A DNA stretch of 64,000 nt from Eledone cirrhosa (lineage: Eukaryota). The DNA is taken from assembly GCA_964016885.1 (NCBI GenBank), contig OZ024743.1:258292001-258356000 (forward strand), written 5' to 3'. The position numbers and the translations under genes are program-made. Shown piece after piece: positions 50,292 through 63,942 of the stretch (position 1 is the first letter of the stretch; the number at the start of each line of letters is the position of its first letter). The notes below the pieces were generated by a model that saw only the letters and a list, made by a program, of their open reading frames with translations, was not told the DNA's origin and searched no databases.

Positions 50292-50760
50292 TCATCATCA
50301 TCATCATCTTTTTTATTGATGGTCCACACCTGTATGGGTTAAATGGATCCTTTGCAGTACATCATCACTCCACTTGTCACATTCGTTTGTTCACAACTCG
50401 CTGAGATTAAACGATTTCAGATCAGTTCTAACCACATCTACCAGGTCTTCTACTGTGGTTTCCCTCTGCTGGGATAACTTGACACTTCTTCACCCAATGA
50501 TCATCATCCATGTTCATCACAGTCTCCTCCCACTACATCTGATTCTGCTCATACACAGTATATCTTTCAGTTCATCCATACTTTCTTGTTCTCACACATT
50601 AACATAGCACATCCTTCAAAGCATGCTTGCTTCATTTCTTAACAGCCTTCACATGTCCTCTATGTTCACTGTGCATGTCGCACTACCATGCAGCATTGCA
50701 CTTCATGCACAGGTGCCATACAGCTGACCTTTCATTTGTAGGGAGTAACCTTTTTCTTTT
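50292..50760 (-). mobile_element. Degenerate RTE 3' fragment
   Basis: Residual KGQLYG...AMLHGSD...RNEASML on the minus strand. (CAT)n tail. Confidence 0.6.
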
Positions 50761-50782
50761 CCAAAATGTATATATATATATA

Positions 50783-50978
50783 AAAAGAGTGAGGACTCCA
50801 ATGGCTGAGCTTTGGCCATTTCGACAGCTAGATCTGAACTGTTCAGATCTAGCTGCTGAAACGGAGCTCAGCCATCAAAGTCCTCACTCTTTTCCTATTA
50901 CCCACTCTACTAACCTAGATATTGATTATTCTGGTGCATTATGGTCCACCTGGTATCTTACCACACCCTCTTTGTTAT
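50783..50978 (+). mobile_element. Family F1 fold-back pLTR-like fragment
   Basis: Inverted repeat 50783-50893 centred on CAGCTAGATCTGAAC-T-GTTCAGATCTAGCTG. Tail homologous to the reverse complement of 3330-3411. Confidence 0.65.
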
Positions 50979-51394
50979 ATATATATCAGGAATGAAAGAC
51001 GGAATTTCAATTTAACAGATTTTTATTTGTATATTCATGACACATTTTGAAAATATAATTTTTGCTCTGCAATGTTCGCCAATACCAAATTGATAATAAT
51101 ATAAAATCCTACAATTGTATATACCAAATATCCAAATTACATAACCATATTAAGGACTAAAACAGGTAATGTCAGCAATATTTATTGCTGAATAATCTGG
51201 CTACATATATATATATATATGTATGAGAGAGAGAATTCTTAGTGTTGTCACTCTATATACACACTGCAAAACTATAGCCGCCCTAAACCTGGAGCACAAC
51301 CCAACGAATAATGGACCTTGTAACAGCATCGAATGCTTTGACCAGCACCTCCACTACAAACCACAAGTTACTCACATGATAACATATATATATA

Positions 51395-52380
51395 AGGTCA
51401 GCTTAAAAGCTAACCTTGCCCAATTGCACCTTTCGAAGGAGATGACACAGGAGCGAGATCTCTGGCATCATGCAGTAATACAGAAGACCCAACTTCCCAC
51501 AGGCACGGGCTGAGGCTGAAGCATATATACAGTATGCCCCACCACACCCTCTCACTGTATAGTGGTCGAGTAAGTATCACAAAAAGCATCCAGCTCACAC
51601 TGTAAAGTGGTCATGTAAGTGTCACAACAAAAAATACCCAGTCCACATTATAAACTGGTCATGTAGGCGTCATGACAAAAAGCACCCAGTACTCACTGTA
51701 AATGAGGTTGGCATTAGCAAGGGCATCCAGCTGTAGAAACCAAGCCAAAATCAGTTCTGTATAAGCAAGACATGGTCACCTGACCTAGCATTGCTCATAA
51801 CAGGACAACTTGTCTAACCCATGCTAGCGTGGAAGAATGGGTGTAAAATGGTGATATATATATATAGTGCAATTGAATTTCATAACAAATATCAAAAATT
51901 CATAGAGCACTCAATCCAAGGTCAATGAAACAGGTGTTTCCGGAAGCATTATCTCCTAGAAGACCCGCCTTCCCTACGTACAAAGTTAACCTACAGTCAG
52001 TAGGCACCTCTTAACCAGATATACACCCCAATCCACTCCCCCTACTCCTTCCTCCCACTCTCACCAACACCGCTCGTTCTCTCTAAAGTTATGTTGGTAC
52101 CACAACATCCAGTCCAAACTAAAGAGGTTGTGTAGGTGGCACGACAAAAAACACACAGTCCACGCTGTCAAGTGGTGGTGTAGGAGACACAGTAAAAAGG
52201 CTCCCAGTCCACACTGTAAATGTGGTTGGTGTTAGGAAGGGCATCAAGCCGTAGAAAACATGCCAGATATAGTTCTATACGAGTGAGACATGGTCATCCG
52301 TTCAATCTTGCCTCAAGTGGGACAATTCCCATCTAACCCATGGTAGCATGGAAGATAGACGTTAAACGATGATGATGATT
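51395..52380 (+). mobile_element. Two adjacent RTE 3' ends (B-like 51395-51856; A-like 51958-52380)
   Basis: Similarity to the RTE-B and RTE-A 3'UTRs. (ATG)n tails. Confidence 0.78.
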
Positions 52381-52405
52381 ATATATATATAAATATAATT
52401 ATAAT

Positions 52406-52743
52406 CATGGCTTAGTGGTTAGAACATTGGCCTTGCCATCGAGAGGTTGTAAGTTCAATTCTCAGACCGGGTGATGTGTTGTTTCCCTGAGCAAGACACT
52501 TTATTTGACATTGCTCCAGTTTACTCAGCTGTAGAAATGAGATGATAGGGACTGGGGTTCCTATCATTCCACTGTAAAGTGGTCATGGAGGTGCCACGGC
52601 AAAAAAGCACCCAGCACTCACTGTAAATGAGGTTGGTGTTAGGAAGGGCATCCAGCTGTAGAAATCAAGCCAGAATCAGTTCCCGTCCCACCCTTGCAAG
52701 CAGGGAAAAGTGGACATAAAATGATGATGATGATGATGATGAT
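52406..52743 (+). mobile_element. tRNA/CORE-like SINE with RTE-derived tail
   Basis: Same family as 21837-22165, with (ATG)n tail. Confidence 0.8.
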
Positions 52744-53009
52744 ATTCTCTATGGAGATTTTCTCAAAATAGACCATACAACGATAAATAAATATTTAAAT
52801 CCTTCTTTAATCACATATTTACTGAAAGTTGTTGGAAATATTTTGTGTTTGTTTCATTTTCCTTTCTTTTCTTGTGTATAATGTAGAAATTAGTTGCTAG
52901 CTGAGGGGGAAATGTGAGGTGGTAGGGCTGTTATTTTCAGGAAGCTCTTATGACATGAAGAGGCTGGAATATGGGAAATAATGCATAGAAGTTATTTGAT
53001 TTCTTCTGA

Positions 53010-53400
53010 CAAATCTATAGAAATTTAACTGGTCATTGTGCTTTTGTTCCTTTCTTTTCTCTTTGCCATTTCATCTCCATAACAAGCTAACAATATCAGC
53101 AAGCATTTGTGAAGAATTTTACAAGAAAAATGGAGGCGACTTTAGCATCCATCATATCACAAATATAACATTGTTAATGGAATCTTCCTGGAGAACAAGG
53201 TGTCATCTCTTTTATGATGGACCATTGTAACAAATTTTTTCTTGTTTCTTCAATTGCTTCAGTTTGAATGACCTCTCTGACATTCAACCATTCCCAAATT
53301 CAATGAGGACGTCCATTCTATAATTCTTCCTCGTCTCATTAATTCTTCCATGTCATTTACATCAAACTTTAATTCCAGTTGCTCAGCAAGCTCCAACATT
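53010..53400 (-). pseudogene. Possible pogo/Tigger transposase C-terminal remnant
   Basis: Minus strand reads MLELAEQLELKFDVNDMEELM and later ACY..KRK..KAQ, recalled as Tigger-like. Very degenerate. Confidence 0.3.
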
Positions 53401-53692
53401 GTGCATACCAAACAGTATAATTCTTTATGGAGTACGGAAATGAATTTGGGTGGGTTTCATTTGCAATGAAATTGGTCTCAGAAATCTTGGAATTTTCAAA
53501 TTTAATTTCAGTCATGGTTAATTCCACATTATAAAACTGATTCCTATAATAAAATAAATGAGTATCAGATGCCAAACAATGGATAAAATCTAAAAGTAAA
53601 CAGGGACAATTCGCTGATGAACCCTAACTACAAATAAAATTAAATAAAACAATGTGGGAAACTTAAGTTCCCATAATAATCTGTACAGGAAA

Positions 53693-54901
53693 TTAACTCT
53701 TTCGTTACTATATTTCTAATGAAAGACACTGCCTATGATTTTCAAATTGTTTTGAAAAGAATCAAGAATTTGGAGGAATTTGGTAGCATAACTTTCTCAT
53801 TATGAAGTTCACTTTAACCTTTTCATTAACATATTTCTAATGAACTACACTGTTTATGATTTTCAATTAATCAAGGCGTTCTATAGAGGATTAGTGGAGG
53901 GGAAGAGCGACGACGTACTTGGGGAAACTCTAGGCGTCGACGAAAATCAACTAGCCAATCTCTTCGGAAGAACTTTCGGGCCAGGGCCTATGGACAACTT
54001 CCAGAAATCTCTGGCCTGGCAGTGCTACCGAGGAGCCTTGCCAGTTCGGGATAAACTCTACAGGCATGGAGGTGCCGTCAGCCGGGCATGTCCGAGATGC
54101 GCGCAGGGCGACGAAACCGTCCTGCACACACTCGTCCAGTGTCCGAAAATTGCTGACTTGTGGGTTTATGTCGAACACCTGCTGTCGCGTTTAGGACGGA
54201 TCCGGCTATCATCTGGGTCCATCGTGAGGATTGCCCCGCCCTCCTCCTTTAGCCGGGAAGGGCAGGCAGTTTTTATCTGCCTGGTGGCCATGGCGAAAGA
54301 GATAGTATGGTGGACACGTTTGAAAGGGCTGAAGACGAGCACTTACCTCTTCGGTGATGCTCTGATTGACTTTTTCAAATTTCATTTGAAAAGGAAAATC
54401 AGAGTAGAGAGGGAAGTGCTCTCTTCCCAGCATTTTGTTGAAAGATGGGTGAGAGAAGCAAGAATGGCCCGAGTGAATGGGCCTACTCTGAGCATATATC
54501 TGTAAATTAAAGGTGGAAAACTGGGAGAGGGCACTTGCCTTGGTGGTCAGGGTCATTGTGGCTTTTTACTGGGCTTTCTCCACAAATTTCCCTCCGAAGT
54601 CTCCCCCCTATTGGGGAATTTTTCATTGTTATTTTTGTTACATCCTCTGTTTTTGTTTTGTACACGCAGAAATGCCCATTTGTACCGTCCTGCATTGTCC
54701 TGCACTGTCCTTAATGTCTACTTTATGTAAACCCTTGTGGTTAATAAAGAAATCATTATTAAATTGTTTGAAGCATAACTTAAAGGTTCTTACATAAAAT
54801 GATGATAGAAGATTTTTAGATAAATGGAAACATTTAAAATAAACTGTTTTGTACCATAGAATCAAGAGCAATTTCAGATGAGTTGGTAGCAAAAGGGTTA
54901 A
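53693..54901. mobile_element. piggyBac-type MITE interrupted by a Tx1/L1 3' fragment
   Basis: TTAA-CTCTTTTCGTTAC ... GGTAGCAAAAGGG-TTAA. Related remnants near 11102, 29460 and 33762. Confidence 0.55.
53876..54752 (+). mobile_element. Tx1/L1-clade LINE 3' fragment (zf-RVT region and 3'UTR)
   Basis: AWQCYRGALPVRDKL..CPRCAQGDETVLHTLVQC, homologous to 61360-61990. Ends AATAAAGAAA. Confidence 0.88.
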
Positions 54902-57264
54902 GATATCATTATTTTACTGGTTTTAGTCAGATTGTGGCCATGCTGGTGCACAATATTCAAATTTTTGTGATAAATAACTCACATTAAAGGAAAAACAAAT
55001 TAGCAAAGTGGTTATTTTGCCCATTACAATGTAGGGTTTGAATCCTCACAAGCACTTCTGTTCAGTTTGCTTATTTCCGGGGGCACTTGTCTGATTTTCT
55101 CAACTACTATTTATAGTAATCTAGTAATCGACTATTGTTGTAGTCCTTTATGTGATGAAGACTACATTTCAAATTTATAAATGTGCCAATGTTTCTTAAA
55201 TGAACCATTTGTTCATACTTCTAGTCTTAAAATCAAGAATTTTTGCCCTGGGACCGCTTAATATAATGGTTAATGCACTTGCCCAAAATCAGTTCCCTCT
55301 GACCAGATGTTTTCACCTCCATAGGTATTTTACTCAGTTTATAGTCATCAGCTATTATTATAGTCATTTACATTGGGATGACTACATTTCAAATTTCCCC
55401 AATATGTCTCAAGTCAACTGGATATATATGTGTGTGTGCATGTGTATCGAACCTTGAGCTGATCAATCGCAAAATGCACTTCACACCTGAATAAACTTAA
55501 TGAAAATGTGTATATATATACATACACAGATATGAATATACATATATACATACGTATACACACATATAAATATATATATACATATGTATACACACATATA
55601 TATATGTCATCATCATCATCATATATATATTGGTGAAAGTTGTGATATTCTGTATGCAGGAAGTTGTTTGAACTTGTCCCAATTTCAAAATATTATTTGT
55701 AAATATTTTACATTGTCTGTTCAGTGCTTCAGTCTAAAGAAACTTTGTTCCATCAGAATGATTTCTATTCTAAAATTGAAAATAAGAAAATAAAGAGATT
55801 TTGTTTTGATGTTGGTATAATTTCTAAAATTATTGTATAGACTGCTATAATATTTACCTTATTTACCTGTCTAGCTATGTCTTAATAGAAAACACTAACT
55901 GATGCCACTATAGGAATCTGTCTAATGAAGACATATGGACCAATAATAGTAGCACCACAGAACTAACTGACAGAGACATAGCAATTAACTTTCTTTACAT
56001 CACTATCAGGCAATGATGTATTTGTTTCTACAAGATAAATTTTAGCTAAGAAAAATTCTTCCTTTCTTTCTGTCTCTCTCCAAGATGCTTAAAACACTTG
56101 TTGTTGTCTCTCCAAGACAAAATGGTTATAGAGTACAACTACAACACAATTACGTAGCATAGCAGAATGGAATTCATTTACACATTTATTTCGTAAATAC
56201 GTAACTGAGAAAAACAGAACAAAATATATCACCTCATTTTCATATTGCATCAGATCATAGAATCTTTAGTAAGTTTTAGTATTTCATTATATATAAATCC
56301 TGATAAGTCATTGACGTCAAAGACCTAAACCATCTTTCTAAAGAATCAATACAGACCTTAAACTACTTGATATGTGGATTTCTATCAACTAATATATAAT
56401 TATATTCTCTTGAGATGAATTTAACTAGGAGTTGAGGATGAAGAATCTATCAGTTTCAATGATGAGCATTCAGTTGTTTGATTAATCGAATGTTGAACAT
56501 AATTTAACATGGATGGAATGCTTTAAACTAACCATATGTCTTATTCATCAGAGTTATGGAGGGATTAAACAACAACTACCATTTCTAGCAATTGAAGTAG
56601 GTGGAGAAGTTTGAGTATCTTGGGGCCATCTTCATGAGTGATGGAATGCATGAGGCTGAAATAAATTCATGAACTACTGCAACTGATGTAATAATGTGCC
56701 AACTTCAGCACTCAACCACTTCAAGGGAGTGTAGGTGCATAAGCTAAATTTGCTATCTTCAATTTATATGTCTACCCATATGAATGTGATCATAAATACA
56801 AGCAGCTAAACTAGGGCACCAGCACTACCTCATTACAACACAAGGTAGAGCTCAAGTAATGGAGGTGGCCTTGAAGTAAGTGGATGGTGCCTGACATATT
56901 GTTGGGTGTACCTGGCTTTCTTTGATGGTCTAAATGTGTGTGTGCAGCAAGGGTAATTTATATGCTACTTGCAGTGAGATAGAGCTTGTGGGTGCTGCTT
57001 GGCATTGTTGGGTGTGCCTGGCTTTTTGTGCTAGCCTGTGTTGGAGCAAGTGAACAGTGTCTGTCATTGTGCAGTGTGCCTGGTTTCTGTGGTGGCCTGG
57101 ATTAGACAATGAAAGTGTCAAGAGTGCAATGGTTCAGCAGGAAAGGTGAATCACTCAAGATTCATCCTAGTTTTCCACACTAGCAAGGGTTGGACTGGGA
57201 AGTCAAGAGTATACTAGAAGGTAAAGAGTTGTTCCATCTCTCTGCTTCTTTAGGTTTAGGGTGA

Positions 57265-57872
57265 TGAACAAACGAGCAACGATGGTTGCTGGACACTACG
57301 GTTTAATACGGGATGTTTGTTTACAAACACACCGAGCATTATAATAAATGTTCGGTGAATCCATACGATATATATATATGTGTGCATGTATGTATATATA
57401 TATACATACTACTGTACGTCTGTATACATATATGTATGTACGTATACATACTTATATTTAAGTAACAGCCGTACTAAGAGTGGGAAATGAAATTTCGTTT
57501 CATTTTTTCCGTTTATCGTTTTCGGTGCACCTGGCCGATTAACCCACTCGATATGCAAATTGAGCTACTCAGCCGTTAATATGCATAAGGTAAGTATATA
57601 CGTTCAACAATCTGGCAGGAAGGTATACGTTGCTGACGATAGCTAATAAGCTTGAAACTAGTACAGCGTTCCTTTGTCAGTGTTGAACAAATAAGCAACG
57701 ATGGTTGCTGGACACTACTGCTTAATACGGGATGTTTGCTTACAAACACACCGAGCATTATAATAAATGTTTGGTGAATCCATACGTACATATATATATG
57801 TGTGCATGTATGTATATATATATACATACTACTGTACGTCTGTATACATATATGTATGTACGTGTAGATACT
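57265..57872 (+). mobile_element. Retrozyme-like tandem: ~1.4 copies of a 419-bp unit
   Basis: TGAACAAA..AGCAACGATGGTTGCTGGACACTAC starts at 57265 and again at 57684. One hammerhead per unit. Confidence 0.87.
57627..57669 (+). ncRNA. Minimal type-I hammerhead ribozyme
   Basis: ACGTTG-CTGACGA-TAGCT aata AGCTT-GAAA-CTAG-TA-CAGCGT. Predicted cleavage after 57663. Confidence 0.85.
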
Positions 57873-57911
57873 TATATATATATATATGCATTTATCTATG
57901 TATCTATCTAT

Positions 57912-60900
57912 CTTCCAAAACACCCGCACCGCAAACACAACCCGAAAATATACCCCTCCCCTCCAACGCAGAAGATGACCCTAGTTCACCGTCAGACGAG
58001 GAGGAGCACTTCCACACAATCAAAAGAAAAAAAAGAAAACACACCTCAGACACACAAATGAAAACAACCCCTCCCCAAAACACAACACTGACACCAACAC
58101 AAAAGAGCTCACAACAACAGCAAACAAAAAACACCACACAAAAACAAAAACATGCATACACATACATAAACACAAGAAACAAAAAACTGTTAAACATTGT
58201 GTACAACAACAATTTAATAAAAACCCAAGGGCCTAACTTCACCCAGGCAGGGGATTTCCCCTACCTCAAAATGATTAAGGCCCCACAGGACACTTATAAA
58301 ACTTTAAAAAACAACTTTAAAGAGGACGTGGGTCCCCCCTGCGTCGGGCCCATTAACCGCGTCCTCCTAAAAAACTACTCCACCCCCTCCCCAAACACCC
58401 ACACAACTACAAACACCCCAACCACACAACACACTGATGCCCCTACACTTCCACAAACCACCACCCCACCCAACAACCCATCCCCCACCCTAATGGAAAT
58501 TGTGCAGCCCGATACCCGGGACGCAGAGAGGTAAGTGCCTTTTCTCTTCACCACCAACATGGCTATGCTAAGAGTAGGCTGTTTAAATGTGCGTGGCCTG
58601 GGCTCAACTTGGAAGCAAGCAATGCTTCTAAATGACCTCAGGTCACAACGTATAGATGTGATGGTTATTTGCGAGCCCCGGATCAGCAACGTGCGACAGC
58701 TGGCCCCCACCTTTGATGACTTTGAGATGCAGGCATCTCTCTGTCAGCCCGGAGGTGGGGGTGGGGTTGTCGTTCTGCTGCAAAAACATCTGGGTCTCGC
58801 AACACAGACGGTACATTTGGACCCGGAGGGTCGACTAGTGGTTCTGGACCTTGGCAGTGGTGAAGGCGGAGCGTTCAGGTTGGTAGCCGCCTACGGCCCT
58901 TTCGGGTCAATGCGGCCGGACTTCTTCCATCGTCTGGAGACTTTTCTAGGGACGTCTCGCTCCTTGCTATTAGTGGGGGACTGGAATGGTATCCTAGATG
59001 CACGCTGGGACTACGTAGGGGCCTGTCCCAATAGAGAGGGGTGTAATAGCCTCAAAGGGTTAATCGGTCGATTTGACCTGGCCGATAGATATCGACTAGA
59101 TTTTCCGACTGCGCCAACCTGGACTTGGGCAAATCTCAGTGGATCATCTAGGTCGTACCTAGATAGGTTCTTAGTTAGAAATAAGGATAAGGACTTTTTA
59201 AGTTGTCCAAAAATGAGCATGGTTGGCTATTCAGACCACAAGTTAGTGAGCTGCATAGTCAACCTTGACAGAACGCATAGACAGGGACCCGGTTACTGGA
59301 AGCTCAACTTGTCCTTACCGGCAAGTAAGGCTTACAGGGACCGGATTAGCAATTTAGTTAAGGAGCGGTTGACGGGCGCCATCGTCAACAGCAGGTGGTG
59401 GGGATCTCTCAAAAGAGAGATTAGAGTAGTCTCTATAGAATTCAGTAAGGAGTTAGCTTCAAATAGAAATAGGAAGGAAAGGGAGCTGGTAGATAGTGTA
59501 GAAGAGGCAATTAGAAGCGGCGACGTGGCCAGAGTGCTAGCGTCGAAAACGGCCCTGGGCCAGTTCTTCGACGCGAAACACGAAGGCTGCATCGTCCGAA
59601 GCAAAATACATGCTCTGGGAAACGAGGGGACCAAAGCTGTTAGCTGGGCCCGCGTGACAGAAGCCAAAAGAGGGAGCAGATCCACTATCCGGTCTTTGCG
59701 AGACCAGGATGGACGGGTGATCCTTGAACCTAAGCAGATGTGCGAGGCTTTTCAAAAGCACTTTGCCGGATTGTTAGGAAGGGGCGGGGGCCGGTTGGGG
59801 ATGTGGACTTCGGTCCATACCTCGATGGCCTGCCACGTCTCTCGGACAGGGAGGCGAAGTCCTGCGAGGAGCCGATTTCAGCCGCTGAGATAGAGGACGT
59901 GCTAAGCCAATACGGCAAACGCAAATCCCCGGGTCTCGATGGTCTTCCATACGAACTGTATCTAGCTATGTCGGACTTGTTCCCCGATCTCCTCGAGGCG
60001 GTCTACTGCAACTGGCAACAGAACGGGAGAATTCCCTGTGCTGTGACCAAGGGCGTAATCATGCTAGTGAGGAAGGACGAGAACAAGGGGGACGATATAA
60101 ATAATTTCAGGCCCATAACTCTGCTAAATACAGAGTTACAGATTTTGGCCAAGGTGCTAGCAAAGAGGTTGGAGCTTGTCGTGGGCAACCTGGTGGGAGA
60201 TGCGCAGACATGTGCTATCCCGTCCAGGTCCATCAACGACAACCTCCACCTCATGCAATACATCATAGAGAGGGTTTGGAACGAACCCGGCTTCGGTGGG
60301 GCCCTGATCAACTTGGATCAATCTAAGGCGTTCGATAGGGTCGACCATGGTTACCTGGATGCGGTGCTAGCGGCGGCAGGCTTCAGACCCGTTTTCAAGG
60401 GCTGGATCAATGCCATGCACAGCAGCCGCATCTGCTCTAGGGTCAAGGTGAACGGCTACCTCTCGGAGCCGTTCGAAATCACGCGGTCCATCCGACAAGG
60501 GTGCCCTCTCTCCTCCCTTCTGTATGTAATGACTCTAGAGCCACTGCTGCGGAAGTTGGAGTTGTTGCAGGGCATCCCGTTGGAACCGGGATTGCGGAAA
60601 GCAGTGTCGGCCTACGCCGACGACGTAACAGTAATGGTGTCGACGGCCTCGGAAATCGGGGCGATCGGCACCTTACTGGAGGAGTACGAAAGGTTTACAG
60701 GGGCTAAGCTGAACCGGGACAAGTCGATCGGTCTGCAACTCAGCACGTGGAGGGGCAGATCGATGCCCTCCGATGGCGTCGTCGGGCGCTGGACGGAGGG
60801 CCCGGTGAAGTTGCTCGGGGTCTGGTTCGGACCAGACCTCCAGGTGGAGAAGAACTGGGGTGAGGTAACGAACAGGGTGTTTGCACTGACCCAGAAGTAG

Positions 60901-62260
60901 GCCGAGTGCAAACTGTACCTGAAAGGTCGGGCGGAGGTGGCGAACACTTATATAGCGTCCGTCATCTACTACCGCCTGACCGTTGTGCCTTGCCCAAGGG
61001 AAACGCTCGCCAAAAGGGAGCGCGCACTCTTCCAATTCCTTTGGAAGAAGCGGGCTCCTATGGTGAGAAGATCCATCTGCTGTCAACACCCTTCGAAAGG
61101 AGGGCTGGGGATGCCGTGGCTAATGATACATAAACACGCATTAAGGCTACGGCACCTCCAGGTATTCCTCACCGGTCAACCGGTGTGGGGCCCCGTTTGT
61201 GAGGCGAGCCTTTCCCAGACTCGTCTCACTCACCGAGCTGCAATCCTGGGTCAAGCAAAGACCGAGAAAACTGGGTGCCTGGCACACCGAGTGTGCCCAG
61301 GCGCTCACGGCTCTCTGGCAGGCGGACCCGGCTGTCAGTGGAGAATCCACCTCGTCATTCTATAGAGGGCTGGTGGTTAGCAGGTGCGACGACGCCCTTG
61401 GAGAAGCCCTAGGCATGGAGGAAGACGAACTGGCCAACCTGTTCGGTAGGACATTCAGCCCGGGACCCATGGATAACTTCCAGAGGTCCCTGGCCTGGCA
61501 GTGCTACCGAAGGGCTCTGCCCGTTCGAGAAAGGCTCTACAGACACGGGCGCCCGGGTAGGGACCCCTCGAAAAAGATCTGTCCCAGATGCGTGTGCGAT
61601 GAGGAAACCGTTGCACACGCATTGGTACACTGCTCGGGCATTGCCGATCTGTGGGGCTATGTCGAACAACTGCTGTCAAGGGTGGGACCGATCCGGTTGA
61701 CCACCGAGTCTATTGTAACGATCAAGCCGCCCCGCCTCTTCAAAAACGAAGGAGAGGCGGTGTTTCTGTGCGTAATAGCCATGGCGAAAGAGGTTGTATG
61801 GTGGACGCGTCTGAAAGGACTGAGGTCAGACACCTTTCTCTCTGGCCAACAACTGGTCCGTTTCTTCCGATATCATTTCGGAAGAAGGATCAGGATGGAG
61901 AGAGGTGCTGCACCCCAGCCGTTTTTATGAAAGATGAGTGAAAGTGGCGAGAATGGCCCGTGTGAATGGGCCTTCACTCTACATCAGACTATAGGTGAGG
62001 AAGAGGAAAGATCAAGGGAGCACCCCCTCTCTGTGCTCCTGAGGAGAAGGGTTGCACACTTTTTTTCGGGGGTGTGTGTGACCCCCCAAGGCGCCTCCTC
62101 CCTATGGAGGATTTTGTTATAAAATTTATTTTGTTATATTGTATTTTATTTTTATACTTTGTTATTGCCTCCTCCATATTGAGGACGCCTTGTTATGTAA
62201 ACTCCCCCCATTGTACTTGTCCCACTTTTGATGCCCTGGTGGCAAATAAAAAGAAAGTTA
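57912..62260 (+). mobile_element. Tx1/L1-clade LINE: ORF1 C-terminal part, ORF2 and 3'UTR
   Basis: Low-complexity ORF1 tail to stop at 58534. ORF2 from ATG 58559. AATAAA at ~62245. (TCTA)n on both flanks. Confidence 0.92.
58559..61995 (+). pseudogene. Tx1/L1 ORF2 (APE, RT, zf-RVT) with frameshifts and a stop
   Basis: CLNVRGL, VGDWN, SYLDRF, SDH, KSPGLDGLPYE, NFRPITLLN, DQSKAFDRV, RQGCPLS, AYADD, KGGLG, CPRC..EETVAHALVHC. Confidence 0.93.
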
Positions 62261-63846
62261 TCTATCTATCTATCTACACTATATATGTGTGTATCTATCT
62301 CCATATCCAGGTGTGTATATATACACAAACAATAAAGAGTTCAATATAGGAACGGATGAATTAGTTCTCATCCTGCAGAAGCCATTTCTATATGAAATAA
62401 ATATTTACTTTCTCTACTAATGTATTGTGTACTTTATTTAACTGTAGTTCTCTTCCAAAAAATATTTTAAATTCTGTGTGCATGTGTGTCTCTGTATGTG
62501 TGTGTGTATTTAAGTTCATTCTCTCCCCACATACCCACACACACATACACATATAGGATGAATTTTATGAAAAGTCAGTTTGACCAAACTTGATGTGAGT
62601 GTCCTAAAAATGCTCCAACAATAGCATGATGCCAGAATTAGAGGGTTTGCTACATAAATTCCAGTTGTTAGTTACATAGAAATAAACAGAAAGAAACTCT
62701 GAACAATGTTAATGGTAGAACAAATCTCACACAAATACTACCACTCATTCATTTTGTTTTCTTAGTTTGGGATGTGTTTTATGTTTTATTGTTTGTGAAC
62801 GTTTTTTGTTTGATGCTGTCGGTAAGTCAATTAAAGGCTAATTCCAACTACAAGACACAATCTAACAACATTTCACATTAAAATTCTTGCTGCTATTTTC
62901 AATTGTTCCAACCAACAGAGCAACAATAAGTAGAATATTTTTGCAGAATTTTAAATTACTCTTAATGAACTTGCAATAACATTGATGCAAAGACACACAC
63001 ACCTATGTATATATATATGCCCACAAACAAACAAACAAATATATATACATATATATATAAATAGAGAGAGAGAGATTCAGTTCTATTTTCAATATATTCA
63101 AGTGTTCAAGTGCAACTAAAGCATATGAGGAGTGTGTATATATGTATTTGTTTTTATATATATTTATGTATGTATATATATATATATGTAATATGTGTGT
63201 GTGTGTGTGTAATCTTCCTCACTCCCTCTTTCTCTCTCCTTCTCTCACTCCCTCTCTCTATCTCCTTCCATCTCTCGATTTCCCTCCCTCTCATTTGCAC
63301 TGCCAAGCCTGCATGAGCTGGAGAAATATTCATGGTCTGAAACTAGATGGGTCTGGTTTCTATGGTTAGATGCCATTCCTAATGCCAATCACTTTACAGA
63401 TTTCACTGGATTCATTTTGCCACCAGCACTAATATTTTTCTAAGTGTATTGTGTGCATTGCTTTTTATCATGGCAGAGAGTGTACTGGATGTATTTTATC
63501 ATGGTAGCAGTATTCGACTTTACAGAGAGCAATATGAACAACATGGTAACAACACTAGTATTATATGTGTGTATCCCAGTTTTTAGAATAGGTACACTAT
63601 CATATTGCTGCATGTTGTATGCGGTGACAAAAAGTGTTGGCATTAGGAAGTGCATCAAGGTGTAAAATATTGAAACATTGTCTCAAAACACCCTGTCAAA
63701 CCCATTGGAAAAGTGGACAGAAAAATGATAATAATAATAATTATATATATATATATATGTGAGCATGTGTGTGTGTGAGACTATCCCAGGTTCTATTGAG
63801 GATAACAACCGTGAGTAAAGTACTCAATACATAGTTGAGTATATAC

Positions 63847-63942
63847 AATATTTAATATAGAAATGGCTTTTACAGGACTAGAACTGTTTCATTCGAAGGA
63901 AATAGTTCTAGTTCTGTAGAAGCCATTTCTATATTAAATATT
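63847..63942. mobile_element. Family F2 fold-back palindrome
   Basis: AATATTTAATATAGAAATGGCTTTTACAGGACTAGAACTGTTTC attcgaag GAAATAGTTCTAGTTCTGTAGAAGCCATTTCTATATTAAATATT. Confidence 0.7.

Noticed and set aside
53369-53575. Possible host exon on the minus strand (TTTTATTATAG acceptor)
   Set aside because: Short, stop-containing, with no partner exons. The adjacent frame looks more like a transposase remnant.
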